This document shows, piece after piece, positions 61,511 through 64,000 of a stretch of DNA of 64,000 bases. The position numbers were made by a program, and so were the translations under genes. Location of the stretch: the NCBI RefSeq assembly GCF_006345805.1, contig NC_043000.1:28830001-28894000 (forward strand), written 5' to 3'. The notes under the pieces were generated by a model, which saw nothing but the letters and a program-made list of their open reading frames with translations, was not told the DNA's origin and made no database searches. Positions within the stretch are counted from its first letter, which is position 1. Each line of letters begins with the position of its first letter. This DNA comes from Octopus sinensis (lineage: Eukaryota).

Positions 61511-62870
61511 AAAGAATGCGCTAGCGATTGTGCTAGCACGTTTCTTTACTAAAAAAAGAAAGCATTGGTTCTTTCTAATTTTGATACGAGACCAACAATT
61601 TTTGAATGGGACAGAAGGCAAGTCGTTTACAACGATTCCAGTGCTTGACTGGAACTTATTTAAACGATCCCTTAGTAAAAGGCATTAATTATACTTTTAA
61701 AATGCTACCTTATTATTAGAACGCGAACTAGCAAAATCGTTAGATCGTCAGATAATTTGCTTAGCAAGATTTCTTTTGATTCTACGTTGAGTTTAAATTC
61801 CACCGAGATCGTTTTGCATTTCATCGTTTTCAGTTCGATCAAATAAAGTAAGTACGAATTGCGCACCGAAATAATTGCAGTCGATTAACCCCCCCCCTCC
61901 CAAATTGCTGGCCACACACCAAACTTCGAAACCGTTATTAGGTGGCGAACTAGAAGAACCGTTAACACGACGCACAAATTACTTCAGAGCGAGGTCGACT
62001 TTGCCTCTCCTCCTCTGGGAGTCGAAAAATTTAAAGTACACCTGCGCATAGGAGTCGATGTAATCGAGTAACACTCCTCCGTCTAAGATTACTGGCCACG
62101 TCCCAAATTTCGAAATAGGTATTTCGTCTGTCTTCATGTTCTGAGTTCAAATTCTTTATCTTTCATCCTTTCGGGGTCGATAAATTAAGTACCAGTTGCG
62201 TACTGGGGTCGATCTAATCGACTGGCCCCCTCCCCCAAAATTTCGGGCTTTGTACCTAGAGTAGGAAAGAATGCGCTAGCGATTGTGCTAGCACGTTTCT
62301 TTACTAAAAAAAGAAAGCATTGGTTCTTTCTAATTTTGATACGAGACCAACAATTTTTGAATGGGACAGAAGGCAAGTCGTTTACAACGATTCCAGTGCT
62401 TGACTGGAACTTATTTAAACGATCCCTTAGTAAAAGGCATTAATTATACTTTTAAAATGCTACCTTATTATTAGAACGCGAACTAGCAAAATCGTTAGAT
62501 CGTCAGATAATTTGCTTAGCAAGATTTCTTTTGATTCTACGTTCTGAGTTTAAATTCCACCGAGATCGTTTTGCATTTCATCGTTTTCAGTTCGATCAAA
62601 TAAAGTAAGTACGAATTGCGCACCGAAATTAATGCAGTCGATTAACCCCCCCCCCTCCCTAAAATTGCTGGCCACACACCAAACTTCGAAACCGTTATTA
62701 GGTGGCGAACTAGAAGAACCGTTAACACGACGCACAAATTACTTCAGAGCGAGGTCGACTTTGCCTCTCCTCCTCTGGGAGTCGAAAAATTTAAGTACCA
62801 CCTGCGCATAGGAGTCGATGTAATCGAGTAACACTCCTCCGTCTAAGATTACTGGCCACGTCCCAAATTA
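61361..62870. repeat. Tandem duplication, unit ~755 bp
   Basis: 61430 aligns to 62185; the copies differ by a few 1-2 bp indels. Confidence 0.9.
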
Positions 62871-63468
62871 TTAATGCTTGGGCAGTATAGTGAGAGTGCC
62901 GGAAATGCAAACATGAATTGCAAAACAAAAGAACCTCATCTACTGCATCACATGACAACAATGCCACGAAAACTACATTGGGCAGACAGGAATGAAACTA
63001 ACCAGCCGTGTAAATGTACATAAACAACAAACTAAGGATTCATCTCTTAGGAATGTCTCATACAGTGAACATCTAGATATCTGTACAAATTGAAAATTTT
63101 AAATATTTCCATTATACAAAATAAACGATGAATACGTTTAACTACGAAAGGCAAAAGAAGAATAGTTTATAAGAATTCTAAATCTAAAATTAAATCGAAA
63201 ATAGCCAACTTTCCATATAATAAACACTGGGAAGAGAATATTTATGACTAAAACCGTAAGTCCGAAAATAAACCAGAATTAATACTATCACGTGTGTTTG
63301 AAAAGGTGAAACGAAAGCGCTCACGCACTAGAAAAAGAAACTTCTTCTCCAAAAAGGGTTAGTAACATCCTTATAAAAGATTTGATAACTTTTTAAAATA
63401 TTTTTTTAAATAACTTTTACGCTTCAAAACTGTATAAAGTAATTCTCATAGACTTTCAAATATATATA

Positions 63469-64000
63469 CAGGCTTCTGTGGTGAAATGTCGTCTAAATTA
63501 CGCGTAAAGGAAAATATCACTGACATCTCATCTGAACAGATATATTTACCAAAATTACATGAAAATATCTTGAAATACTAAAGAGTAAATTTATTCAATA
63601 AAATCGCCATTGGCTTCAACCATGGCCCCCAGACGACTTCAAAATCTCTTGCAACTATTCTAGACGGTCTCCTTGTTTAAGTTGGTGAATGCTGCCATAA
63701 TCCTTACCTTCAGTTCATCTTTGGTGTTACAAGGAGTTCTGTTGGTCTCTCACTCAACTGCACTCCACACATAATAATGAATGAAGTTGCAGTCTGGGGA
63801 TTTAGGTGGCCAGATGTTAGGGGTGATGTGGTCGCAGAACTTGTATGACAGTCATGACTGGGTTCTCCTGATTGTGTGGCATGGTACAGAGTCCTGTTGC
63901 CAGACATAGGGTCTTCCAGAGCAAAATCAGGGCAGCACTACCTCTTCCAGGCATTTGATGTAGGACTCCGTGTTGAGTCTGAGGCCGTGTGAGAAGAGGA
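63469..64000 (-). mobile_element. DD37D (maT/Bmmar1-type) Tc1/mariner transposase 3' part, decayed, runs off the window
   Basis: WQQDSVPCHTIRRTQS*LSYKFCDHITPNIWPPKSPDCNFIHYYVW places the third catalytic position 37 residues after D (mutated to H here); TA-CAGG terminus. Confidence 0.88.

Noticed and set aside
63285-63330. TTGAAAA ggt GAAAC string
   Set aside because: No stem II and no NUH.

Overview
AT-rich, repeat-saturated eukaryotic non-coding DNA. The SINE families, microsatellite load and transposon remnants point to an octopus (coleoid cephalopod) genome; this is inference, not a database match. No host protein-coding gene can be supported, and most listed ORFs are microsatellite translations. 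Recognisable content: decayed DNA transposons (mariner DD34D, DD37D/maT-type, DUF4817-type Tc1/mariner, pogo/Tigger, probable piggyBac, a Helentron-type non-autonomous element); RLE-type (R4/Dong-like) and CR1-group LINE 3' fragments; three Penelope-like elements (PLEs; RT plus C-terminal GIY-YIG); at least five tRNA-derived SINE families; a decayed tRNA-Gly(TCC); two ~0.75-1 kb tandem duplications; and a 1.47 kb palindrome. The main signal is about 20 minimal type-I hammerhead ribozyme (HHR) motifs from many unrelated families, found by eye on both strands. Each family has its own self-complementary stem III, consistent with cleavage as a dimer. Across families the catalytic-core 3-8 pair appears in all four Watson-Crick forms (C-G, U-A, G-C, A-U). 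One tRNA-headed SINE carries an HHR in its 3' module and has PLE-style inverted 5' flanks, suggesting a Penelope-mobilised, ribozyme-terminated SINE. All ribozyme calls are structural predictions and cleavage is untested. Coordinates of degenerate repeats are approximate.
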